From positions 1 to 25,990 of the IMG/VR virus record IMGVR_UViG_3300014031_000006: a stretch of DNA of 25,990 nt; one strand, written 5' to 3'. Shown one piece after another: positions 18,001 to 25,961 of the stretch (positions are counted from its first letter, which is position 1; every line of letters starts with the position of its first letter). Position numbers and translations under genes: made by a program. The notes beneath the pieces are model-generated. The model saw nothing but the letters and a program-made list of their open reading frames with translations. It did no database searches and had not been told where the DNA came from. Origin of the DNA: a virus. Taxonomy: Duplodnaviria; Caudoviricetes.

Positions 18001-19134
18001 GCTTCGATCCCGCCGGGAACATGGACGTTCGGCATCTGGGCGCGTGACCACGGCAACGGGTACTCACCGATGGTGACGACATTCGATCTGGTGGTGACGA
18101 ATCCGAACCTGAACATTATTCACGATGTCGAGGAAATCGGCTGGAACGGCACACTGGTTGGTCTCGTGGAACACTACACCGGTGTACTGGTGCCCGACAG
18201 CATCCATAATGCCAACTATTATGACGTGATTGCCTCGCCTTCCACACCGGGGTTGTCTGCGGTGGCCGGCTCTCTTACTCTACCTACGACGTTCTTCGTT
18301 AAAATAACGTATTTGTCAGCACTGGGCGAAACGCTCGGTTCTGCCGAATCATCTCAATTGGTGGGCGTGACTCAGGCGTTGAAAGTCACATCACCCGGCG
18401 CAGTTGCAACGGCGGCTGGCTGGAATGTGTATGTCAGCACTGCGACCGGCACGGAAATACTACAGAATAGTACGCCTCTGGCTATCGGCGCAGATTGGAC
18501 GATGCCCGGTACGGGACTGATCGCCGGAGCCGCATTACCTGTAACGAATACGACAGGATGGGAGGTATTTGACACCTGGGTTCCCGATCCCGTGGCGTAT
18601 ATAGAATACACTTCACTCATACTGGATGCCACCTACATTGAAGCATTACGTGCATTTCAGACGACCGCAACAGCACTCGGTTATGCGCAGAGCGGCACGC
18701 CCGTATTGCTCACGCAGATAAGTTACGGCGATACGGCGCCGTTGCCGGTAGCAGCACCGAATGGCAGCGGCGGTTTTATAAATTGGGTGATTGGGACGGC
18801 GGCGTTCCGCTATCTGCAAGGCAGGATTTCGGCTAATATCGCGCCGGGCGGTTTATTCGCGATTACTGATTACATGCTGAACGTGGATCTCTCGCCGATA
18901 ACGGAACAGAGCGGCGTAATAAACGTGGCGCACGGCGGAACAGTTGTCGTATTTAACCCGCCGTTCCACTCGGCACCGTTAGTTGTACCCGTGGCGATCA
19001 GTTCGGGGTTGACCAGCGCGTCGGTAACAGCGATCAGCGCGACACAATGCACTCTCAACGTATGGAACGGAGCGACAGACGCAGGGTTAGGCACATCTGC
19101 CACACAAGCACAATTCAGTGCTACGGGCGAGTAG
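15094..19134 (+). CDS. Central tail tip / host-specificity protein (megatron, gpJ-like) with several inserted domains, 1346 aa
   Basis: GPRLKDLRVQ, GGKGGGG, RRIWANG, YRGTETQ, GYRGTPYVVF, FFFDAVESDGKIKF, LRRGVYGT, LYFKFPSFNVFG. Start reassigned to ATG 15094 (TAATG coupling). Confidence 0.9.
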   Translation: MASVALSIVGSAIGGPVGGYIGAAIGGYIDQNYLFAPDPMQGPRLKDLRVQSATLGSGKSMGKGTYRNAGLMIWATPYVEHGSTSGGKGGGGGGSATTYTYTQSMAIALGDEPIIGVRRIWANGRVIYDVGSDDPATIIASNAAGRLANGENFTVYRGTETQMPNSRIVAEQAKLQNAYYFIPAQMPLPEMKVWVGAGQIIVAGSPVRSLNQAVVITAAPGSNARIDRVVINKTTCVASVVVGTVSASPVPPAIPLGNYPCCQVYVAAGTLGILTSMITDERVVTWQPNTAYILGQYVSNSGNLYQCASAGVSGTSNLAAVGATVVGSIAPDADDFALGVLTVTSVTNGSIPMPSFIVTDSEGGGYWTTQPISGVNVTPGTNIVAGSGSGTGGTGTYPVDLSQTAASASIQVGRVDGTVQWAYLEAFNTIPTVPTPGYRGTPYVVFLDHSLSATGNTTPNFEFEVVEGTSDLGDYVTWAIGKTGLAPGDIDVTRLVGTPVIGLLTSDRSTVRSILQPLASAFFFDAVESDGKIKFVMRGGGLAQSIPETDLAAHANGSQMPDPLGTTRTQELDLPRVVTVQYPNSNFGFQPSSKYARQQSTSSKLETTLQIPISMTDSQGQAIADKMLNIAWNERSGFTFATGREYCYLEPTDIVSVSKGAASYEIRLTNKEEAAPGIFTWQAVAEDIGIYHNVINNLLDNVKPAAAWNTPPGSVSPPFIIDAPGIVTVTGFELWIAAGSANKNWGGCGVFVSTDGIVYTQIGTMRGSCAYGMGTVLSGSDPDSVNTLSTDLRRSGASMTSVSKADADNLLSLCFMGGELVSFETAALTTNGYDLTYLRRGVYGTTVAAHTGAAFIQLDTRVFKYPYDSSLIGQTLYFKFPSFNVFGGAGEGLGSLPAYSYTIRGSISMPPNVTGFSCLQSGTIVAFKWNDLPGKTLLVYDIGYAPQGTTDRMLFTVVSERAKGTEMTNASIPPGTWTFGIWARDHGNGYSPMVTTFDLVVTNPNLNIIHDVEEIGWNGTLVGLVEHYTGVLVPDSIHNANYYDVIASPSTPGLSAVAGSLTLPTTFFVKITYLSALGETLGSAESSQLVGVTQALKVTSPGAVATAAGWNVYVSTATGTEILQNSTPLAIGADWTMPGTGLIAGAALPVTNTTGWEVFDTWVPDPVAYIEYTSLILDATYIEALRAFQTTATALGYAQSGTPVLLTQISYGDTAPLPVAAPNGSGGFINWVIGTAAFRYLQGRISANIAPGGLFAITDYMLNVDLSPITEQSGVINVAHGGTVVVFNPPFHSAPLVVPVAISSGLTSASVTAISATQCTLNVWNGATDAGLGTSATQAQFSATGE

Positions 19135-19152
19135 CCCAGAGGAGAATAAATT

Positions 19153-20325
19153 ATGAGTGTAGCAACCTGGTTAAAATCAGTCTTCACCACCCAAACCGCC
19201 ACCAACTACAAGTCGAACATCGACGCCTGTTTTGCGGTGGCCGAGCGCATCGTCGACAACTTCGCCCCGCGCCAATCCACCACCCCGGCGATGACCGTCA
19301 CGCTCGATGCCGGCGCGCTCTACAACGGCCAGATACTGACCGAAGTCGCCACACAGACCACCGGCACCATCACCGCGCCGGCCACCGACCCGCGCATCGA
19401 CCGCGTGGTGATCAACAAAACCACCGGCGCCGTCTCGGTCATCATCGGCACGCCCGCCGGTTCGCCGGTCGCCCCCGCGCTGACCGCCGACGTGTTCCCG
19501 GTCGCGCAAGTGCTGCTGCAGACCAGCTCGGTCACGATAGTCAACAGCATGATCACCGACGAGCGCCTGTCCGCGCTGACGAGCATCGCCACCCACATCA
19601 GCGTCGCGACCTACAAGGCCACCCCGGTCGGTGCGGACGCGCTCGGCATCCGGGACAGCGTGACGGGGCTGCTGAACAGGCTGACGCTGACGAATCTGGC
19701 AGCTTATCTAGCGGGGCTATGTAGCGCGGGATGGAATGCCCTGACCTCCTCTTCATGCTCTGGGAATGCCCTGACCTCCTCTTCATGCTCTGGGAATGCC
19801 CTGACCTCCTCTTCATGCTCTGGGAATTCCGCGACCGCAACCGCGCTCGCCCAAGGCAGTCGCGGCTACACATTGCTTGCCGAGGCGGCCCTTTCAGGGA
19901 CAAGTGTAGACCTATTGGGTGGAGCCAGCATTCCAGCATGGGCGACCAAAATCTATATCATGCTGGACAGCCTTCAAACGTCAATATCCAGTCAGGCTAT
20001 CATTCAAGTGGGGCCGTCCGGTGGTGTTGTTTCGACCGGCTATCTCGGCATTATTGGGTCAGGCACGCTCCTCACGAACGGGCTGGGTATATCCAATCCG
20101 ACCGCTACGGGTCAGGTGTTCCAGGGGCGTGGAGAAATGTCTCTTGCAGTGGCAGCTAGTAACAAGTGGTCGTTTGCCAGCGTGGTCGGCAGAAGCGAAG
20201 CTCCCGCAGTCCAAGCTACCGGGATAGGAACAATTGCCCTGTCCGGACCATTGGCGAAGCTGGTTCTCACGACGCGCAACGGCACAGATACCTTAAGCGG
20301 CAACGTTGCCATCGCGTATGAATAA
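19153..20325 (+). CDS. Tail fibre / receptor-binding protein (390 aa)
   Basis: RBS GAGGAG, follows the tip gene. N-terminal PRIDRVVI anchor-like domain, Ser/Ala repeat linker, beta-rich C-terminal head. Confidence 0.78.
   Translation: MSVATWLKSVFTTQTATNYKSNIDACFAVAERIVDNFAPRQSTTPAMTVTLDAGALYNGQILTEVATQTTGTITAPATDPRIDRVVINKTTGAVSVIIGTPAGSPVAPALTADVFPVAQVLLQTSSVTIVNSMITDERLSALTSIATHISVATYKATPVGADALGIRDSVTGLLNRLTLTNLAAYLAGLCSAGWNALTSSSCSGNALTSSSCSGNALTSSSCSGNSATATALAQGSRGYTLLAEAALSGTSVDLLGGASIPAWATKIYIMLDSLQTSISSQAIIQVGPSGGVVSTGYLGIIGSGTLLTNGLGISNPTATGQVFQGRGEMSLAVAASNKWSFASVVGRSEAPAVQATGIGTIALSGPLAKLVLTTRNGTDTLSGNVAIAYE
19733..19827 (+). repeat. Perfect 30-bp tandem repeat x3 plus partial copy, encoding NALTSSSCSG
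   Basis: GGAATGCCCTGACCTCCTCTTCATGCTCTG repeated three times without mismatch, then GGAAT. Confidence 0.97.
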
Positions 20326-20329
20326 ACCG

Positions 20330-21244
20330 TTAGAAAAATTTAGATACAAATTCAGAAAGAGAACCATTGAACAGCGCTTCGCGTAACCCGACGGCAGGAT
20401 TCAGACTGCCGTCCTGCGAACCATTGTAATAGATTATGCGCACTTGCCCGTTAAATTCAACCATATCTATGTCAGAGGCATTACTGTGATTATCGTCTCC
20501 GTCCAATGGAGAAAGAACAGTGATGGGCGAAAACTGCCAAGCAACGAGGTCGGTTGAACGCGAGACATTAACTGCATAAAAATTGTCGTATGAAGAGAGA
20601 TAAAAGAGATAATAAAATCCATCCACATATCGGACGGTTGGGCAAGCCGTATAGTAGTCTCGTTCATAGGTGCCGCCGATACCGGCCCAATGTATCAGGT
20701 CTGGAGATTGCAGGAAGCGCACGTTAAAACAAACTTGCCCTGACTCGCAAATTTCATAGGCCATAACAAAACCTGCTGGTGAAGCGGACACAGAATTATT
20801 GAAAAGCTGGACATTTGGGACAATGAAGACAGTTTGTTTTGGAGTCCAGTTTACCAAATCGGTAGTTGACACCATGTTGATTTTGGAGCCACCATTGGTG
20901 CTGTTGGAACCGAAAATATACAGGGTGCCGTTATTAACGATAGCCGAAACAAATGCCAGCCCGGTTATCCTGTCAGAAATTGTACTGTGGTCAGACTCTC
21001 TAGTTATGCGGGTATGTACGCCGCCCGCATCTATGTAGTCGATGACGTAGAATAATTCGTTATTCCAGACAATAGGCGTGGATTCCGCCCCCTCTGAGGG
21101 TTGACCTGCAAACAGCGCCCCTTTCTCGATCCAGGGCGCAGTCTCAACGGCAGCGCTTCTGTGTAGTTGGGGCTGATTATTTCCACCGCATGATACAAGA
21201 GTGAATGTGGCGAGCAACAACAACAACCGTATGAGTGTTTTCAT
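20330..21244 (-). CDS. Lipoprotein with beta-propeller glycoside-hydrolase-like repeats (GH32/43/130-type fold), 304 aa
   Basis: Signal peptide and lipobox MKTLIRLLLLLATFTLVS-C; RBS AAGGA; repeats STTDLVNW, SPDLIHW, STDLVAW; ACPTVRYVDGFYYLFY. Start reassigned to 21244. Confidence 0.8.
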   Translation of the reverse strand: MKTLIRLLLLLATFTLVSCGGNNQPQLHRSAAVETAPWIEKGALFAGQPSEGAESTPIVWNNELFYVIDYIDAGGVHTRITRESDHSTISDRITGLAFVSAIVNNGTLYIFGSNSTNGGSKINMVSTTDLVNWTPKQTVFIVPNVQLFNNSVSASPAGFVMAYEICESGQVCFNVRFLQSPDLIHWAGIGGTYERDYYTACPTVRYVDGFYYLFYLSSYDNFYAVNVSRSTDLVAWQFSPITVLSPLDGDDNHSNASDIDMVEFNGQVRIIYYNGSQDGSLNPAVGLREALFNGSLSEFVSKFF

Positions 21245-21356
21245 TTTGAGTGTCCTTATCTGACGTTGAGTGAGTTTTGTGGCCCTTTCTTTTTGCGTCG
21301 CAGGGCAAACAGGTTCGTGCCGCAAACGGCTGCCCACATTTTCTACAAATTTTCAT
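21177..21356 (-). CDS. Possible 59-aa zinc-finger peptide (MKICRKCGQPFAARTCLPCDAKRK...)
   Basis: CxxC-x8-CxxC, purine-rich GAAGGG upstream. It overlaps the lipoprotein start by 68 nt, which weakens the call. Confidence 0.4.
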   Translation of the reverse strand: MKICRKCGQPFAARTCLPCDAKRKGHKTHSTSDKDTQNENTHTVVVVARHIHSCIMRWK

Positions 21357-21502
21357 CTGACTACCCTTCACGGTAACTTGAATTTGTGCCGGTAATCCGG
21401 TGGTGAAGCACCAGAAAGGATTGCAATCCCTGTCCCGACGGTAAACCCCTATTTTCGTTGACGGCAAAGCAGGCGGCGTACCGCTCTTCGGGGTTACGCA
21501 GA

Positions 21503-21533
21503 AACATACTCCCCTCCGGCTTGACCGTCAAGC
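21503..21533 (-). promoter_or_regulatory. Putative leftward sigma70 promoter whose -35 lies in a palindrome
   Basis: Minus strand TTGACG (21531-21526), 17 nt, TATGTT (21508-21503). Palindrome GCTTGAC-C-GTCAAGC at 21519-21533. Confidence 0.55.
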
Positions 21534-21665
21534 TCCAATGTGGTTCAATCTGTCCGGTGTAAGCGCCCACTATCTACGGGTGGCCGAGGTGTGGGGGCGG
21601 TTGAGCGCAGGGGCGGCGGGCGTGAAGGCCGAATCAAATTAATTTTTTAACTAAGGATAAACATC

Positions 21666-21827
21666 ATGGCAAAAATAGCGGTAGCAGTCGTGACATCCCT
21701 CAACATGGGTTCGCAGTAATTTCCAATGTCTCAGGGAACCATCCATGTATTTGCGGAGTATGCAAACCTGCTTCCACAAGGTGCGGCAGACCGGGCCGGG
21801 CAAGTTTACCAAATAAAGGATAAATGA
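21666..21827 (+). pseudogene. Short ORF with strong RBS interrupted by in-frame TAA (remnant or leader peptide)
   Basis: TAAGGATAAACATC-ATG; MAKIAVAVVTSLNMGSQ*FPMSQGTIHVF...QIKDK*, ending 1 nt before the next ATG. Confidence 0.3.
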
Positions 21828-21828
21828 A

Positions 21829-24801
21829 ATGCCATTAGGGGGTTGGTCGCAAGAATCTCAGGTAAACATCAACCCCAACAGTCCGGTTGGGCTGACGAAC
21901 TATCAGGTCAAGTTGAGCGTTCAGGGTAATGATCCGGCTGCGACCGGTTATGTCGATTGGACTTACGTAAATGCTGATGGGAGTGATTTTCGCTTTACAG
22001 ATTCAGACCAGTCAACTCTAATCGACTTCTGGATGTATGCGTTCAACAACACCGCCAAGACTGCATCGTTTGTTGTTGAAGTGCCTAGCTTCACTGCCGC
22101 CACATCAAAGAGTATATATATTTTCTATGGGAATGCGGTGGCCGCGTCAGCATCGAGTTACTCTAATACGATGGCGCGCAAGGTAGCTGAAACGAATGAC
22201 CTTTGCATTGTTTATATCAATGAAGGAAGTGGAACGACATTTACAGACCAGACAGCGAATGTCAATAACTTCACTTTATCAGACGCATTAGCGTGGAATG
22301 GATCGGCTATCGGGGTAAATTCGCTTGACACTTTGGGCGTGGATAACAAATTCTCCGGCGATAACGCCTTCAACGGTAATGGATCGTCTTACCACGCGGA
22401 TTGTACTGGTGGTCTTCTAAATACCGGTGTTGAGAACGTAGAAATAAATTGTGTAGTCAACTTCAACGCAAGTTTCTCATCTGCCGCAACCATCAATCAA
22501 TTTTTATTCACCAAGGAATCTGTTAGCACGAAAGTCCTTTATTCAAACTTACTTTACTATGCCGAAAACACTGGCGGGACATTATTGGATTCATGCCCTA
22601 ATTATTTCTACATAGAATTCGGTGTCAAACTTGATACGGTTACAGGCACACAGACAATATTCCAAAAGGTTAATACCGAGGGGGCTTCGAGGGATTCTGT
22701 AACCATATATATGTCTGGCTCCACGTTGAAATTGGAGGTTTATAAGAGTGGCACTCTAAAAATAAATGTGGCGTTGGGGACTTTAAGTTCGGCAACACTG
22801 ACACACATCAGAATAGCTCTTGGTGCGCTAGGATATGCCTACTGGAAAAACATGGTGTTGATTACCTCCGGTGTTGGATTATCTGACAGCTCGCTACCAA
22901 CATCAGGTACAGCGAGAGACGCTATATGGGGTGCTGCAAATTACGGCGGAACTTATACGAATATCCTTGATGGCAGGCTGTATTCCCCAAGAATATACGA
23001 CACTGAGAACGAGGCCAATGTTTGTTATTACCCATTGCTGGAATCAGCAGGCACGACCATAGCAGATCACTCCGGGAATAGTCATACCTTGACCGCATCA
23101 TCCGCTTCGATATGGGACACAGCAAAAACAGTTGTCGAGGGTTATAACGGATTTTTTAATGAGGCGGACGGAACTTTCGTTTTGCGCGTTTGGAGATGTG
23201 GTGTTTTATACGCAACGGCTACCGCAAAAACATCGTGGGCAGCGGGCACAGATTTTAGAATAAGGTGTTGTACTGGATACGAAGGACATTTTATATATGT
23301 CAATGAGGATTGCGACACTCTCGGCGGGAAAAACTTTACTTATAGATGTTCTGCCGGTGGCGGAACTGATGATGGGACTAGTGGCGGGAAATTCACACTT
23401 GGATATAAATGGAGTCTGGGCGCTTCTTCTGCTTACCTCAATGCCAAAGTAGCATATCTAAACGTATCAAAAATTCATTTTTCAAAGCGCAAAGCACTGG
23501 CAAACTATGAATTCAGAAAAATAACCAGCGACCCATTCGTCAAATATGGTGTAGTGATGAGCAACACGAACATCTCAACATCCTGGGGTGGCGGCGAGAA
23601 GGATTTTGGCGAGCATAGCGTCATAGATTTGGGAACTGGGACTTGGCAATACATTGGCGCTGCTGTAGGTAGAGATACGTCATCAGGTTATAGGGTTAAA
23701 TATATCCATCTCGCCAGTTCAACCGATTACGGGAGGACATGGACTGATTATGCCAGCGATCCTATCCTCACAGGGTATGGAAGACCTCACCTTCTTTTGG
23801 ATATGACAGGTGTTGCCACTACGGTAAGCGGAAATTATTATCTTTACGCCATTGACAATGCCACCAGCGGTACTGCATCCAATCTATATCTTTTCACCGC
23901 GTCAGATTTCACCAGCACAATCACGAATCAAGGAGTCGTGATGTCAAGTCATCCGACTTACACGATCAGCACCGCAACCGGAGATGGTACAACCACAACG
24001 CTAACCACAACGGTTAATCATGATTACGTTGTCGGAGAGGTCATCTTTATTGACGGCTCTGCGGCAGGACTCAATACCACCGGGGTCAATTTCTATACGG
24101 TTGCTTCTATTCCTGCGGCGAATCAGATTACATTCCTAAGTACGTTTAACGGCACAACATCGGTGGGTAGGGTTTCTTCATTCGACTCGAAATCACTGGG
24201 CAACTGCCGCCCTTGGTACGATGCAGATTTAGCCACATACGTCATGCTCTATGATGGTCTTGGATATACCAACTCAGAATGGTGGGAAGGAAGGGCCACA
24301 TCAGCTAACGGTACAACATGGACGAAGGACGTAGTACATAATCCAGTTATAAAGGGGAATGTTGGATCGGGGACATTGGGTAGTTTTGATGTGATAAAAC
24401 AAAGTGGAGTTTATTACGCTCTTGGGCATGGGGCATTAACAGGGGGCGTACTTCCTACAGAGATTATTTACTACACGTCAACCGATACCGTTACGTGGAC
24501 GTATAATTCAAGTAACACCCCATTCATCCAGCGCGCGGAGTGGATTTCATCAGATCAGTTGGGTGACCCGTTTATTATAAGCCACTCATCTGTCCCCGAA
24601 GTATTGATGATTCAAGATCAGATACCTTTCCAAGGGCCGGGCTTTCAAGCACTGTATATCGCCAGTGGATACACAGTGGAACAAGTGCTTAACCCAGAAC
24701 CAACCATAGGTTACGCGGGGGTGGTGATTGCCGCAAACTTGTGGCCGTTCAACCCCCCGCTAAGTGGTGGCCTAAAATCACTGGGCAACATGCAAGGATA
24801 A
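21829..24801 (+). CDS. 990-aa multidomain glycan-interacting protein: DUF2341-like, LamG/ConA-like and beta-propeller domains; likely accessory receptor-binding protein
   Basis: NYQVKL...DGSDFRFTD...IYIFYGN (DUF2341-like); INEGSGTT and YYPLLESAGTTIADHSGN (LamG-type); Asp-box SSTDYGRTW; GRATSANGTTWTK...NPVI. No signal peptide; RBS AAAGGA. Confidence 0.75.
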   Translation: MPLGGWSQESQVNINPNSPVGLTNYQVKLSVQGNDPAATGYVDWTYVNADGSDFRFTDSDQSTLIDFWMYAFNNTAKTASFVVEVPSFTAATSKSIYIFYGNAVAASASSYSNTMARKVAETNDLCIVYINEGSGTTFTDQTANVNNFTLSDALAWNGSAIGVNSLDTLGVDNKFSGDNAFNGNGSSYHADCTGGLLNTGVENVEINCVVNFNASFSSAATINQFLFTKESVSTKVLYSNLLYYAENTGGTLLDSCPNYFYIEFGVKLDTVTGTQTIFQKVNTEGASRDSVTIYMSGSTLKLEVYKSGTLKINVALGTLSSATLTHIRIALGALGYAYWKNMVLITSGVGLSDSSLPTSGTARDAIWGAANYGGTYTNILDGRLYSPRIYDTENEANVCYYPLLESAGTTIADHSGNSHTLTASSASIWDTAKTVVEGYNGFFNEADGTFVLRVWRCGVLYATATAKTSWAAGTDFRIRCCTGYEGHFIYVNEDCDTLGGKNFTYRCSAGGGTDDGTSGGKFTLGYKWSLGASSAYLNAKVAYLNVSKIHFSKRKALANYEFRKITSDPFVKYGVVMSNTNISTSWGGGEKDFGEHSVIDLGTGTWQYIGAAVGRDTSSGYRVKYIHLASSTDYGRTWTDYASDPILTGYGRPHLLLDMTGVATTVSGNYYLYAIDNATSGTASNLYLFTASDFTSTITNQGVVMSSHPTYTISTATGDGTTTTLTTTVNHDYVVGEVIFIDGSAAGLNTTGVNFYTVASIPAANQITFLSTFNGTTSVGRVSSFDSKSLGNCRPWYDADLATYVMLYDGLGYTNSEWWEGRATSANGTTWTKDVVHNPVIKGNVGSGTLGSFDVIKQSGVYYALGHGALTGGVLPTEIIYYTSTDTVTWTYNSSNTPFIQRAEWISSDQLGDPFIISHSSVPEVLMIQDQIPFQGPGFQALYIASGYTVEQVLNPEPTIGYAGVVIAANLWPFNPPLSGGLKSLGNMQG

Positions 24802-24804
24802 ACT

Positions 24805-25644
24805 ATGTTACAAGTCATCAAAAATGGGCAGGCATCGGTAATACTCCGGTTCAAGATTCTCGATAGTTCAGTTTCAACGGGAGCGGGACTGACTGCTGTC
24901 GCGTTCAACTCCAGCGGGTTGATTATATCGACTATCGCCGATAACGAAGCCACTGCGACCGCCTATACTTCGGCTGGCTCTACCGTTGAAACCATCACAA
25001 CCTTGGGGACCTATGCTGCGCCGACAGCAACAAAGTGCCGGTTGAAGGAAGTTGATTCGACCAACCACAAGGGGCTGTATGAATTGCAGCTTGCCAATGC
25101 GCGGCTTGCGGTAAGTGGGGCTAAATCACTGATTGTCAGCATAAGCGGCGTGACGAATATGGCGCAGACGGATTTTGTCGTGCCGTTGTGGGTGTTTGAT
25201 CCTTACGCCTCTGTTACGCAGACAGGCGACAGTTACGCGAGACTGGGCGCGCCGGTTGGGGCTTCCGTTTCTGCCGACATCGCCGCAGTTGATGCTCTGG
25301 TTGCCGCGCCCGCAATACGTTCGGCTCTGGGCATGGCGGCTGCCAACATGGACACTCAACTGTCTGCTATTGACGTGGACATCATGACACGCCTCGCGGC
25401 ATCCGGATATACCGCGCCGCCGTCCGTGTCGGCCATACTCACCACGCAAATGGCGGAAAGTTATCGCGCATTGGGCGTATCTCCTACCCTGGCACAGGCG
25501 CTGTGTGAGCTGCTCGCACATTCCGGAGAGAAAGCAATATCTGGTACGACATTGACAATCAATAAATTTGACCACACCACACCAGCGGAAACGTTCACGC
25601 TGGATTCTGCGACGGCCCCAACCGCGATAACAAGGGCTACATAA
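24805..25644 (+). CDS. Putative virion accessory protein (279 aa)
   Basis: RBS AAGGA, Ala/Thr-rich, beta-rich N-terminus (KGLYELQL) and helical linker; co-oriented and tightly packed. Confidence 0.65.
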   Translation: MLQVIKNGQASVILRFKILDSSVSTGAGLTAVAFNSSGLIISTIADNEATATAYTSAGSTVETITTLGTYAAPTATKCRLKEVDSTNHKGLYELQLANARLAVSGAKSLIVSISGVTNMAQTDFVVPLWVFDPYASVTQTGDSYARLGAPVGASVSADIAAVDALVAAPAIRSALGMAAANMDTQLSAIDVDIMTRLAASGYTAPPSVSAILTTQMAESYRALGVSPTLAQALCELLAHSGEKAISGTTLTINKFDHTTPAETFTLDSATAPTAITRAT

Positions 25645-25961
25645 TGTCAGCCGTTAATTTTCTGATCACTGGCGGGCTGGGTGATTATGCGGGAAGTGGT
25701 GGAACTTACCCTACAGCAGCAGAGATTGCAGCAGCCGTCCTCGCCGCCGCCGACGCTGCCTTGATGTCCGACGGCCTGACCTACGCTCAATCAAAGCTCG
25801 TCAACGACGCGATCCTGCATGGCAAAGTCACGGGGGTAGGGACAGCAACAGAATCGTTCTGGAGTGTGAACCAGGCAAGTGTATTGGTCGAGCGCGTGCG
25901 GATAACGGTGGACGCCAGCGGGAACAGAACCGCCGTGGCGTTTGTAGATGTCAATCCGTAG
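25644..25961 (+). CDS. Hypothetical phage protein (105 aa)
   Basis: TAATG coupling; PTAAEIAAAV and RITVDASGNRTAV segments. Confidence 0.65.
   Translation: MSAVNFLITGGLGDYAGSGGTYPTAAEIAAAVLAAADAALMSDGLTYAQSKLVNDAILHGKVTGVGTATESFWSVNQASVLVERVRITVDASGNRTAVAFVDVNP

Noticed and set aside
13174-19134. Gene transfer agent cluster
   Set aside because: Only the tip module is GTA-like; the head module, long tape measure and accessory inserts indicate a phage.
19733-19827. CRISPR array
   Set aside because: Repeats are directly adjacent with no spacers, in frame within a CDS, and no cas genes are present.
21298-21337. c-di-GMP-I riboswitch-like words (GGGCAAAC...CGCAAA)
   Set aside because: No GNRA-capped P2 stem or proper P3, and it is antisense to the adjacent gene; better explained by the minus-strand Cys-rich ORF.
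19153-25961. Diversity-generating retroelement or invertible fibre cassette
   Set aside because: No reverse transcriptase or invertase, and I saw no adenine-mismatched repeat pair or flanking inverted crossover sites. They could lie outside the window.
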